From positions 18,662,001 to 18,726,000 of the forward strand of contig JBHGNT010000017.1 of NCBI GenBank assembly GCA_043228905.1: a DNA stretch of 64,000 nt, in the 5' to 3' direction. The stretch comes from Azolla caroliniana (taxonomy: Eukaryota > Plantae > Polypodiophyta). The notes beneath the pieces are model-generated. The model worked only from the letters and a program-made list of their open reading frames with translations. It did no database searches and was not told the DNA's origin. Position numbers and translations under genes: made by a program. The first letter of the stretch is position 1. Each line of letters opens with the position of its first letter. This document shows, in pieces, positions 13,281-25,344 of the stretch.

Positions 13281-16200
13281 TCACTTCGGCATGGGATGTC
13301 TTTCCAGTCCGACCCTCTTCCGGCACGCTTCCAGCTTGTCGGGTGTGAGCACTTTGGTCAGCATATCTGACCCGTTCTCTTCCGTGTGGATCTTCGTCAG
13401 CACGAACTCCTGGTCTTCTATCCTTTCCCGGATCCAGTGATATCTTCGCTGGATGTGCTTCGTCCGGGAGTGATAGGCCGCGTTCTTTGCAAGGTGGATG
13501 GCACTCTAACTGTCGCAGTAGAGTCGGTACTCCTCTTGCCGGATACCGAGCTCTCTAATGAAGTCCTTCATCCATATTATTTCCTTGCCGGCTTCAACAG
13601 CCACCATGTACTCCGCCTCCGTGGTTGACAACGCAACCGTCTTCTGTAGCCTCGACTGCCACGAAACAGCTCCCCCTGCATACGTCATCACATACCCTGA
13701 TGTGGACCGGCTGGTATCTGCATCAGCCGACATATCCGAATCGGTAAAGCCGTCGAGTTCGGGCTTACCGGAGCCGAATCGGAGGCACACGTTTGCCGTG
13801 CCCTTCAGGTATCGGAGTATCCACTTGACCGCGTTCCAGTGCTCTTTGCCGGGATTGCTCATGTACCGGCTCACCACTCCAACTGCATATCCTATGTCCG
13901 GTCTTGTACACACCATTGCGTACATCAAGCTTCCGACGGCAGAGGCATATGGTACTTTCATCATGTCCTCCTTCTCAGCCTTTGTCTTGGGGCTTTGCTT
14001 GCTGGACAACTTGCAGTTTGCCGGGAGGGTTGACCCGACCGGTCTTGCTTCCGACATGTTGAACCGGTGAAGCACCTTTGTCACGTACTTCTCCTGTGAC
14101 AGCCACAACTGCTTCTTCTTCCGGTCCCGGATGATGTGCATCCCTAGTATTTGCCTCGCCGGACCCAGGTCCTTCATTGAGAAGGTTCGGTGAAGCGCTT
14201 TCTTCAGCGTCCGTATCTTGACCTGGTCCCGTCCGACGATCAACATGTCGTCCACGTATAGGAGGAGTATTAGAAAGTCTCCTCCTTCGAACTTCTTCAC
14301 AAACACGCAGTGATCGGACTGCGTTTTGTGGTACCCTTCGTCGGTCATGAAGGAGTCGAACTTCCGGTACCATTGCCGGGGAGCCTGCTTCAGTCCGTAA
14401 AGGCTCTTCTTCAACCGGCATACCAGGTGCTCCTTCCCTTTCTTCTCGAATCCTTTCGGTTGCTGCATGTAGATCTCTTCTTCGAGGTCACCGTGAAGGA
14501 ATGCCGTCTTCACGTCCATCTGTTCTACCTCGAGGTCCATGCTTGCCGCTATGCTCAGCACCGTCCGGATGGAGGTCATCTTCACTACCGGGGCAAATAT
14601 CTCGTTGAAATCGACGCCCTTCTTCTGCTGGAACCCCTTCACCACGATCCTGGCTTTGTATCTCGGGGGTTTTCCGGCATCTCCCGGTTTCAGCTTGAAC
14701 ACCCACTTGTTCCGAAGTGCCCGCTTTCCTTTCGGCAACTCCACAAGTTCATATGTGTGGTTCTCATGCAGGGAATCCATCTCCTCCTGCATGGCACTTA
14801 ACCACCTGCGGCTATGGGTGTCAAGCTTTGCTTCTTCAAAACTCTCTGGCTCCCCCTCGTCGGTTAGCAGCACGTGCTCTGGTTCCGGAAATCTCCGGGG
14901 GGCCCTTCTCTCTCTTAGAGGATATCTCCGTTTCGGAGCTTCGGTAACCGGCTCCTCCGTTTCCTCTTCATCCGAATCCATTTCGGGATCGGGGCCGGTT
15001 CCGGTATCAGTTTCATCTTCCTCGGCCGGTTCTGTTTCTTCACCGTCTTCGGCCGGACCCTCGAGTGCTAACCGGTCCCTTGCCGGTCGGGACTGCTCCT
15101 CGTAGAGTTGATCCTCACCGGTCGACTTGGAGCTCTTCATCTTCTTCTCCGACTCCCAGTCGGCGAGTGTCTTGTCCTCCATGAAGATGATATCTCGACT
15201 CCTGAATATCTTCTTGTCGACCGGGTCCCATACTCGGTAGCCGAACTCGTCGTCGCCGTAACCGAGGAATATGCATGGCCGGGTCTTTGGATCTAACTTT
15301 CCTCTCCGGTCCTTTGCCACATGCACATATGCGAGACACCCGAACACCTTTAGATGCCGGTAGGATACTTCCCTACCGGTCCACACTCTCTGCGGCGTGT
15401 CTCCGTCCAAAGGTACTGAGGGTGATCTGTTTATCACGTATGTCGCCGTCGACATTGCCTCAGCCCAAAACCCCTTGGGTAATTTCGCATGCGCCAGCAT
15501 ACTCCGGACCCTCTCCATTATGGTCCGGTTCATCCTCTCGGCCAGCCCGTTCAGTTCCGGCGTCTTCGGTACATTAAACTCGAGCCGGATTCCCTTCGAG
15601 CGACAGTACTCCTCGAACTGCCCCCGGTATTCCCCTCCGTTATCCGCTCGTATCGCTTTCAGCTTCTTGCCGGATTCCCTTTCCACTCTCGCGTGGAGTT
15701 CTTTGAAGACGCACAACACTTGGTCCTTTGTCTTCAACGGTGCCGTCCACAGCTTCCGGCTGTGGTCATCAATGAATGTCACGAAGTACCGGGCTCCACC
15801 ATGTGACTTCGTTTCTACTTGACACACGTCAGTGTGCACCAACTCCAATGGTGCGTTACGTCTCGTCGGTGGCCTTGAGTGGAAGGAGGCTCGGTTCTGC
15901 TTACCGGCCAGGCAATCGGTGCACTTCTCCAGATGCACATGCTTCACTGGAATAAGGTTGTCTTCTGCAAGCCTCTTCATCCCCTTCTCGCTCATGTGGC
16001 ACAGTCTCTTGTGCCACAGCTCACCGGCAGTGTCAGCTGCCACGTTCAGCTCCTCCGGACATAGCCGGGAATTCATCAGGTACAGTGTGTTGACCTTCCG
16101 GGCCCGAGCCACTATCAGGCTCCCTTTGCTGAACTTCATGACACTGTTCCGGATGCTACCCGTGTAGCCTTCATCGTCTAGCCTCCCGGCCGAAATCAGG

Positions 16201-17354
16201 TTCAATCGAACCTCCGGAACGTGTCGAACATCCTTCAGCAGCATCTTGCATCCGGTTGATGTCTTCAGCCACACGTCTCCTATGCCGGCAATCCGGCATG
16301 TACCTTCATTTCCCATCCGGACACAGCCGTGCTCACCGGCTATGTAGGATGAGAAGTATTTCTTCTCCGGGGTCAGGTGGAACGACGCTCCGGAATCGAC
16401 CACCCAGGTCATCTCTTCACCGGCAAGGTTCAACTCCCTCTCTTCGGTAATGAGCATTATCTCTTCTTCACTTGCCGTGAGTGCCGTCGTTCCTTTCCGG
16501 TCCTGCCCTCGCCGATCCGGACCTCTCCGGTCCGTGGCTCCCCGGTATGCACCGTTTCGCTCCGGTGACTTCTTCGAATCGGTGTCGTCGGCTCCGTTGT
16601 CTTTTCGGTAATGCCGACAATTCTTCCGGAAGTGCCTCGGCTTCCCACAGTGGAAGCATGTGGGCCTTCCTCTTGACTGCGACCGGGTCCCCGACTTCTC
16701 CCGTCTTTGCGGACTCCGGTTCCGTTGTCTTCCCCGTTCCGATTCGGTAAGCAGCGCCTTCGAGTCGGAGGCCGGTTCTTTATCTCTCCGACGCGCTTCT
16801 TCGTTCAAAATACTTGTCTTTACCGTTTGTAGGGACAAGTTATCTTCGGTGCAGGAGGTGCTGAGAGTCACCACCAAGTTCTCCCAGCTTTCCGGCAATG
16901 TACACATCAGGATGATGGCTTGCATTGCATCCTCCAACGGGAACTTGATCGCCGCAAGCTGGTTCACGAATCCCATGAATGTGCTTACGTGTTCCACCAT
17001 ACTCTCGCCGTCCCGGTACTTGAGGTTCACTATCTTCCTCATCAGGGAGGTCCGGTTCAACGCATTCTTCCTCTCGTAGAGGCCCGACAGCTTCCGCCAC
17101 ATCTCATATGCGTTGGTGTCGTTCGCCACATGTTGTAGAACGCTCACGTCGACGTATTGCCGAATGGTTGCAACGGCTTTCCGGTTCAGAAGCCTCCATT
17201 CCATCTCAAGTACCCCCTTGGGTATTTCCGACCTGTCGATCGGTTCATACAGGTCCCGAACAATGAGCAGATCCTCCATCTTTATCTTCCAGTCGGCGTA
17301 GTTCTGCGCATTCAGCACCATCATCCCCGACTGCCCGTTGCTGCCGCCTTCCAT
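13281..17354 (-). pseudogene. Copia B gag-pol polyprotein; single in-frame TAG at 13506-13508 in RNase H
   Basis: The 1300-aa ORF track entry has VVDSGAS, WHKRLCH..CTDC, D,D(35)E, YVDDML and TTEAEY. The frame continues past the TAG (SAIHLAKN..HSRTKHI..DMLTK) to a TGA at 13281. Likely ATG at 17354. Confidence 0.93.
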
Positions 17355-18441
17355 TTTCTGCACCAAGCTCGCTCTGATACCACTTTGTTGAACACAGTGC
17401 TCGGCCACAACCGAGGAATATGATTAACTCACAGAAAACAGGAAATACAAAATGCATGAAGTCAATAGAGAGAATAGTACACAGGATATTTTACGTGGAA
17501 AACCCTAAGTGGGAAAAACCACGGGAGTCCTCAAACTCCAACTATCACTACACACAGAGATGTACAATGGTGAAGCTACAAGGCAACAACCTTGAGTTCA
17601 CTGTCTTCGCCACAGGCGGCGGTAATACACAGAGGCAACAACCTCTTTGTCTCTCTCTCTCTCTCTCTCTCTCGGCTGCTCACGTAGCTCCCTCTAAGTG
17701 GAAGACAAAAAAAAAGAGCAACAACATAAACTGTTTGCCCTAAGTCATATTTATACACATATGACTTTCGAGCTATTTACAAATATAGCCTCAAGGGCCC
17801 TTGGCAAACATATTCACAAATATGTCCCCGCATCCGGATCTCTCTCCGGGTACATTCGTCATCCGGCTCCGTAGCCGGGGTCTTCATCATCCGGCTCCGA
17901 AACCGGGGTCTTCATCATCCGGCTCCGTAGCCGGGGTCTTCATCATCCGGCTCCGTAGCCGGGGTCTGCATCATCCGGCTCCGTAGCCGGGGTCTTCATC
18001 ATTCGGGTCTTCATTCCCGATTCCCGGACATCCAACCATCCCATCCGGAGGGACCGTAATCCCAACAGTAATTCTCTAGATAACCCATGTATACGCCCAT
18101 TACGGGGGAGTGTCGAATACGAGTGTATAATGGCCGTATTCACACTGTCCCTTTGGACAACCCAAGTTCGGGCTATTTCTGTAAATAGCATAAAGGGCAG
18201 TTGCCCTAGGACAGTCACTATATAAAGTGACTTTGTAACCTTTAGTAAAGGTTGGTTGTCATTTGTAACGATTTGCTATTGCAATATAACGGATTGTTTG
18301 TGCCTCTCTCTCTCTCTCTCTCTCTCTCTCCCCCCCCCCCCCCCCCCCCCCCCCCTTTGTGTCTATCTTGCTCATGCATACACAGATTCCTTCATCACAA
18401 ATGTTGCTTGCACTTCCGCATTGACGGCCTTGTCCCCAATA

Positions 18442-18633
18442 GGGGGATCGAAGCCGACTATTAGGAGTGGGTGAGGAAACTTTTGGACTAATTTTTGGTT
18501 GTTAACACAGGATTTTCATGGACATTGGCATTTGCAAGATGTTAATCGACGAGATGACGGATGTGGACTGAATGAAGAAATTATTCTCTGATAAGGATGA
18601 GTGAAGATGGTGGGGGGGTCGAAGCCGACTATC
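18442..18633. repeat. ~164-bp tandem array, right part
   Basis: Continues in register (GGGGG-ATCGAAGCCGACTA...) from the unit interrupted at 7388. Confidence 0.9.
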
Positions 18634-18696
18634 TAATTTATTTTTAATAAAATAATTTTGACTGGGTAGATGATTGTGGTGTAACCAGCCTGACGC

Positions 18697-19830
18697 ATGG
18701 CTGTTGTGATAAACCAGAGTGTTGATGCGAAGGAGATTCAATACAAATATATTTTCAATGATCTTGGAGATGAAGGACATGGTCGTTTCGTCATGGGAGA
18801 GGATAGATGGGGGCTGTCCAAGGCAACCAATCATGACATGTGCATTATGGATTGTTTGGTGTCTTCAACCGCAACAGATGAAGAAGGCCTTGATATACAA
18901 ACATTTGCCAAAAAGCAATATCTTGTGGACAAACAAGGTATATATGTTAACCAAGACTACCAACAAATAGGGTGGACAACCAGGTCTGAGTTCCAAAATG
19001 CAAGAACTCTGGCGGAAAAGAATGTTACCAATTCGTTTTTTGGAGCATTTGTGTCTTCAAAGGCTTCTACGTTGATAAGTCCACATCCTGCATTCGTTTT
19101 TGGCTGCAATTCAACTTCAACTTCACTCAATATTGCTAAGGTTTGGGGATTTCAGCATTCCCATCAACGATGGCTTTGCACTGCTCAGCTAAGAGACATC
19201 AATGAAGAAGATAATCCAGTCAAACATGTTTCGTGGGCTCTTAACATTGGGAGGTAGTGGAATATCCATTTGAACTCTTAAGTTCTCAGCTACAGATCAA
19301 GAATGAGTTTTAACACAGTGAGCTGCTCGGTTAACAAGTTCAAATGAAGTGCAAACTACATCAAAAACTGAAGGAATGATGAGTAGATACATGGTTCACT
19401 ACATTATTTTGTGGTCCTTATCAAAGGCTGTTATTAAGTGGACTTGGAAAGACCTCGAGGGAGTGTCTACTTAACAAGATGCGGCTTCATGGAATGTTGT
19501 AAAGATCCTAGAAAACAGACTCTTCAATGGTCTTATGATTTCGGTGGCAACAATTCATCGACACCAACCATTGGAATTCATCGACAAAGTTTCGATCAGA
19601 TTGCGAGGATTTCTACTGGTGGTAGTTTGCTAATCAAAATGAGAGACGAAACGCTTAGAAATGGGTTAGAAATATATGTGGCATAGACTCCATTAATAAA
19701 GGTCATTGGTGGTAATTCCTTGATTAATATGGACGTTAAAGGTGGTTGGATTGCTGAAGCTACATGATTGTTCAAGAAGTTTTTACTTAAATATGTTGCA
19801 ATATTGACTGTAATAGTGGACTGTTTTGTA
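18697..19830 (+). pseudogene. Decayed ORF of unknown family
   Basis: 186-aa and 82-aa ORFs in the same frame with protein-like composition, separated by a stop-rich stretch. No motif recognised. Confidence 0.35.
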
Positions 19831-19964
19831 TATTGACTTCTTTAATACCAATGGAGGATATGTTTTTGGAAAAAAAAGAAAGAAGAAGCTAAATTTAATT
19901 GGTTAAGGGTAGGATAGTTGGGAAACCAGTTATTTGAGGAAACCGGAACAAACCCATAAGTACT

Positions 19965-20044
19965 TATGATACACGGGAACACATGGTGGAATGGGAGCCT
20001 TAGGTATGATACACGGGAACACATGGTGGAATGGGAGCCTTAGG
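19965..20044. repeat. Perfect 40-bp tandem duplication
   Basis: TATGATACACGGGAACACATGGTGGAATGGGAGCCTTAGG x2. Confidence 0.95.
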
Positions 20045-21439
20045 TGTTAAACTATGTATGTGAACAATCCAAACCCAATCCCAAGAGGGACACCTCCATG
20101 GTCTATCCCAACCTTGAGTCCCAACAACTAGCTCCCCAACGACCTTATATAAGGAAGCCCGAGGATGAAGGAGCCTTGCTCATTATTTTGGCTTACTATA
20201 AAAATCGATGACGCCTGTCATTTTCATCTATTTTTCAAGCAAAACGTCAAGGTTTTAGGCGGGAAGAATCTTCATCAACCACCACTTGCACCTGGATCCA
20301 ATCCGCAAAACTTGTCACGAGAGGTATATATTTAATAATATTTGTTTTAATTAAGTTTTTATCTATGAGTTCTAGTTTTTTGAATGCGGAAGTGAAAGAC
20401 TTCCCCTAACAAAATTTAAAACAAATGAGGAACGCGGTTAACAATTGGGCTTTTTGTTCTTTAGTCTTCCCAAAACATTCTATTGGTTTAATTATTGAGC
20501 TTGAAGGGGTGAGTGTTTTTGTGTTCCCCTCAATGAGCTTATTTTCCAAACCAAGGCAAAACAAAGTAAGAAATCTCATATCACAAAGAAGGTAACGAAT
20601 AGGAAATTTCAAGACATTTCATATTAAAGCATAATTGTGATATCATTGCCCTTCATCCATAATGTAAGAGATTTAGACATCTCAACTAATTTGTCCTAAT
20701 AGATTATCATTTATAGATTCACAACTAGCGATCATAATATTTTAGTAAGTACAACTTTTGCTTTCTAAACTTGGGGTGTTCTGGATTTTAGTCTAGAGTG
20801 AGGTGTTTTAGGCTGGTTTTGTTACAAATGTTAGTTCCTATTAGATCATGCACAATAACCATTGCTCCTATGAATATGGTTTTTGAAATCAATCTTCGCA
20901 ACCCAAGGGCGAAAAACAATATGATTGCCTTAAGGCAATGTTGAAAAGAAGAGGCAAATCTAAGTATAAAACATATATTTTTGCCTTAAGGTTTATGTTA
21001 GTGTAAACCATCCCCTCGAAAGTGAATCATTTCGGCAAAAAGGCTCGCGTGAAAACTAGGTGAGGCAAAAAGCTCAGCAACCCAAGTGCTCCATGACTAA
21101 AATATCTCAAAAGATAGAAATTGCATTCTCTACAATGAAATCTCTGCACGCATTGCATGATGGTGAAATCTAGGTTTAGATTAGGGTTTAGAGCCCAAAT
21201 CCATGTATTGGGGTTAGGTTTTATGTTGCATGCATTTGAAACCATCTGAATATGCTTGCTTTGTGCTTTAGGAACTATTGCATGCATTGCATGATGATTG
21301 CATATATTCGATGCATTGGAAATACATGTGGTATTTGAAGATTGCCATAATTTTGGGTATTGAAACTTTTGTGTATAGATGGCTAGTAGGTCGAAGACAT
21401 TCATATATTGTGTGTAAATAGTGATGCAGGTGTGCTAAC

Positions 21440-23484
21440 TTGAATGATGGGTTTAGGATTTTTGTAAGAAGGGTTGCAAGGTGCCCCAAATCCAACGATA
21501 TGGATGCTAAAAATAGCATTACGGGAAATAGCACAACAAAGAGGGTCGAGGATATGGAGCCCACACATGATGTAGAGCCAACTGTTGAGGATGTCAAACC
21601 AGATGGCGATTTGATGTACATTCTTGTAATCAATATTGAACTATGGGTTTATTGGTTTTTTTCTAACGCAAATGTTGCATTAGAACATGTAGTGGACCCG
21701 ATGTCCCTCTTTAAATGTGGAAGAGAGTCGGCAAGTATAAAATGTCGCACATGTATTGTTGGAGATTCATGCAGACAAGAGGTACGATGGTTTCTTAAGA
21801 AATCAGAGATCGAGGCTCACTTACAAAAGGCCCATGGAATCCATGTAATACTACAAAGGGAGATGACGATAGAGGAAGAAGAGCAATCGATGTCCGGGTT
21901 AAGCACAACCACCTCATTCTTCAATGATTACGAAAGGCAACGATTGATTCAACGTTTTATGGATCCATAGCTAAAGTATATGAGATCACACCAATCATAC
22001 ATAAGGAAGTCGAGGACGAGTGGAGTGAACCAGTTCAATGTCACTCGGAAACCACTCCGAACATGTGACAAGGCTGAGTTTGTAGCCCGATTCATGGAGC
22101 ATGAGATGGCCATATACGACATGGGGAAGGAGCACCGGATGGCAAAACTGAAGTTAAAGATTGTGACTAGATCGGATTCTTATGTAAATATGGCCAAATA
22201 TTACGTGTGAATCGTATGCAAGTCTAAATCTGGTGTGTAAATCTTATGTAAGACTAAAGATTGTGACGGAATTTCTAGTGTAAGAGTCATGGGATTCCCA
22301 TGTCGGAAGATGAGGGGAATGTGGAGACTGATGGGGGACAAAACCAACAATCAAAATCGACACCATCAAAACCAAGGAGGTCGAAAATCCAATTCCGCAA
22401 GAAAGAGGTGGACCCAGGCGGATGTCAAGAGATTACATCATCCTCGGTAGATAAGGGTTTAGACATTGGGATTGTCTTAGTTGTTCCTAGGAAGGCCATG
22501 AAAACATGGGATAGCACAACAAGAAATAAGTTTAACAGGTATGCCCTTATGGTGTAGATATGAGATAATGAATTAAATTCGTGTGCATTCGTTGTGCAGA
22601 ATAGGGGAGATGGCATCATCCTTAGTAGATAAGGGTTTAGTCATTGGGATTGTCTTCGTTGTTCCTAGGAAGGCCATGAAAACATGGGATAACACAACAA
22701 GAAATAAGTTTAACAAGTATGCCCTTATGGTGTAGATATGAGATAATGAATTAAATTCGTGTGCATTCGTTGTGCAGAATAGGGGAGATGGCATCCACAT
22801 GGATGATGACCCTCTTCCACATGTGGATGGAGTACTCTCTGCCCCTCGAGATTAGCAAACGGTTTTATTGTCGATCCATTATGGGTACAACTGGCATGGC
22901 AAAGTGACAAGGGGGAAGACATCCTCAGTCAGGTCCCTAAACAGGAATATGTCTTCATTCCAATATTGCACTCAGGGCGTTGGGTGCTTTGGATGTACTC
23001 GCAACAATGTTATACCGGTGTAGGGGCCAAGAAGGTGAGGAGCCCAATAGTCTATCCGTTGAATAATCCCCCGACAATTAGCTTGAAGACATTGGGTGAT
23101 TTGGCGATACATCATGTCTCTAGTGTTGCGCCCGACCATTGCATCATCAACGATGAGCGGCATCATGTATTGCATATCCCGACCCAACCAAATGGGACAG
23201 ATTGTGGGATTTACATGATGCTTACTAGTTGGATGATGGTTGAGGAGTTCGTTCAGGGATTTGATTCGACTGATTTTGCAAGTATGGGCCAAGTATTGAA
23301 TAATGGCATTTGTTTTTGTAAGAGTTGTAGTGAATGTGTGCGTTGGTGTAGGGTAAGGAGCAATGGTTGGGATTCGAAGACATGGAGCTCCTTCGGAAAA
23401 CGTTGGCGAAATGGGCATGCCAGATTTTGGACTTTCCCATATATTAACCGTCCAAGACTATACTTCGTAACATCAAAGATATGA
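21440..23484 (+). pseudogene. Transposon-associated multi-exon gene relic ending in a Ulp1/C48-type cysteine protease domain
   Basis: YVFIPILHSGRWVL (catalytic His position appears changed) and PTQPNGTDCGIYM (QxNxxDCG). Upstream C..C...H...H zinc-finger-like segment at ~21740-21845 and GT-AG introns. Confidence 0.7.
22437..22796. repeat. 178-bp tandem duplication covering an exon plus intron of the Ulp1-like relic
   Basis: ATAAGGGTTTAG at 22451 and 22629; each copy contains GTATGCC...TGTGCAG. Confidence 0.9.
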
Positions 23485-23932
23485 TATCGGTGTATTACCA
23501 AGCTTTTTTATATTAGTTTTTTTGTAACAAGGCTGTAAATCTTTTTGGTACATTGGAACCAAGGCTGCCAGCCTTTTTTGTATATTGCAATCAAGGCAAC
23601 TTGAATGATCGTGGCTTGTTGTAAATGGTTAATTTTGTAATATGGCATCTATACAACCTGTGTATTCCCACTTGTATCTTGTTCTCGCCTCTTATTTGTA
23701 ACAAGGTTGTAAATCTTGTTTGTATGAAATTGTGGAACCAATAAACCTTTTTTGTAACAAGGTTGTGAATCTTTCTTGGTATGATCATGAGTTGCAACTA
23801 GGATTCCTCATATATAGAAAGCATACAGGCTAAGGAGTTTTGATTTTGTTCAGAGGATGGAGTTTTGATTTATCGGTTTTTGTATGCAATGGATTTTGTT
23901 TAGAGGATATTATTAACCAGCAACGTGGGTAA

Positions 23933-24567
23933 TGTTGAGAAATCGTTGCGGAAATTTAATTCACAATGAACAAACAATGCTGAAATACGAATTACAAAAA
24001 TGCCATAAAAACAAGACACACAACAGTGCATAGAGATTTACGTGGAAACCATAAAACGGGGAAAACCACGGGAACAGAACTTCACTATATAAATAGTGGA
24101 TATACACCAACGAGAAGGTTACAACACTCTGTCGAGTGTATCAGCCACGCAGGGCTCTTCGCGTCCACTGTTACAAACACAGCTATGGCACGACTCTCAC
24201 TTCTCTCTCTCACGTTCTCCAACTTTTGTTCTTACACACTATTCCTCTCAGTTTAAGTTTGCCCTAGTTACATATATACTTACGCAACTTTTCTGGCTAT
24301 TTACATACGTAACCCTCATGGGGCGCACACATAGACTATTTACAAATATGGTATAGTCTCCCGAGTTGGCTATTTACACGATTCCGATTTCGGCCTCGGC
24401 CGAGTCCCTCATCAACTTGGCTCCTCGACAGTCGGCTTTCCGAACGGCCGGATCTTCCTCCCACTGGAGGGACAGCCTCAGTCGAGTCCCTCATCAACTC
24501 GGCTCCTCGACTGTCGGCTTTCCTAACAGTCAGATCTTCCTCCCACTGGAGGGACATGTTCCCAACA
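23933..24567 (-). mobile_element. Solo LTR related to the Copia B/C LTR family
   Basis: TGTTG...CAACA termini, TSD GGTAA on both sides. Shares TTTACGTGGAAACC...GAAAAACCACGGGA and CTATTTACAAATAT blocks with the Copia B LTRs. Internal 82-bp tandem duplication at 24401/24483. Confidence 0.92.
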
Positions 24568-24899
24568 GGTAATGCCCTATTTACTTATGATCTACTATGC
24601 CATATCAGCTTACTAAGTGTGATCATGTTGAACTTCACATGCATGAAACAACTGTAGGGAGACAATGGCCTAAGAATCTACTACCTACTTTGACTCAAAA
24701 TGCCATTGCATCCTGCTTTGACTCAAAAGTATGTCTCCATTGGATGTGTCTTTCACTATAGATCCAATATGCCAGTTATCTCATTGTTACTCTTCAGTGG
24801 AACCAGAACTGATGATAATGTATATGGATTTTAGGAGCCCGACTTATTAATATGCAGGTGCCCAACTATGTGTAATAATTGTGCTGCAACGATCATACT

Positions 24900-25270
24900 A
24901 ACGATCATTTTCACACCATAATCACTCACATTGGATTGATTCACTAAGGTCACTAAGATTCACTAAGAGCTGAACTCATTCACTTCATTCATTGGCATAA
25001 TCACTCGCATTGATTTCATTCACCTCAATCATTGCCATTCTTGCTGAAATCATTCACTACGAGCTCGCATTCTCGATCATTCACTAAGATTTGAAATCAT
25101 TCACTTTATTCATTGGCATAACTGCTTGCATTGATTTCATTCACCTCAATCATTGCCATTCTCGCTGAGATCATTCACTAAGAGCTGAAATCATTCACTT
25201 CATTCATTGCCATAATCGCTCACACTGAATTCATTCACCTCAATCACTGGCATTCTCAATCACATTTTAT
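24900..25270. repeat. Degenerate CATTCA-rich tandem repeats upstream of the MULE transposase
   Basis: Recurrent ATCATTCACTAAGAGCTGAAATCATTCACTTCATTCATTGGCATAA...CACCTCAATCATTGCCATTCT, about 3-4 units of ~95-120 bp. Confidence 0.8.
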
Positions 25271-25344
25271 TCAATCACTTCAATCACCATAGTAATCGAC
25301 CACAACCATCTATTGAGAGCACATTGCATCATGGTGTCTTTGCC

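Larger units (their letters stand above)
12559..18067 (-). mobile_element. Ty1/Copia LTR retrotransposon B, young and near-intact, inserted in the 3' UTR of Copia A
   Basis: LTRs 12559-13270 (3') and 17386-18067 (5'), TSD GTAAT (12554-12558 / 18068-18072), PBS tRNA-iMet at 17371-17382, PPT adjoining 13270. Confidence 0.97.
7389..18441 (+). mobile_element. Ty1/Copia LTR retrotransposon A (decayed; contains Copia B)
   Basis: LTRs 7389-7688 and 18111-18441 (TG...CA, right end mutated to TA). PBS TGGTATCAGAGC (tRNA-iMet) at 7691-7702, PPT GGGGGAG before 18111, 5-bp TSD GGGGG (7384-7388 / 18442-18446). Confidence 0.95.

Noticed and set aside
13386-17423. Many plus-strand and alternate-frame ORFs over Copia B
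   Set aside because: Shadow ORFs of a GC-rich coding sequence, with no independent motifs.
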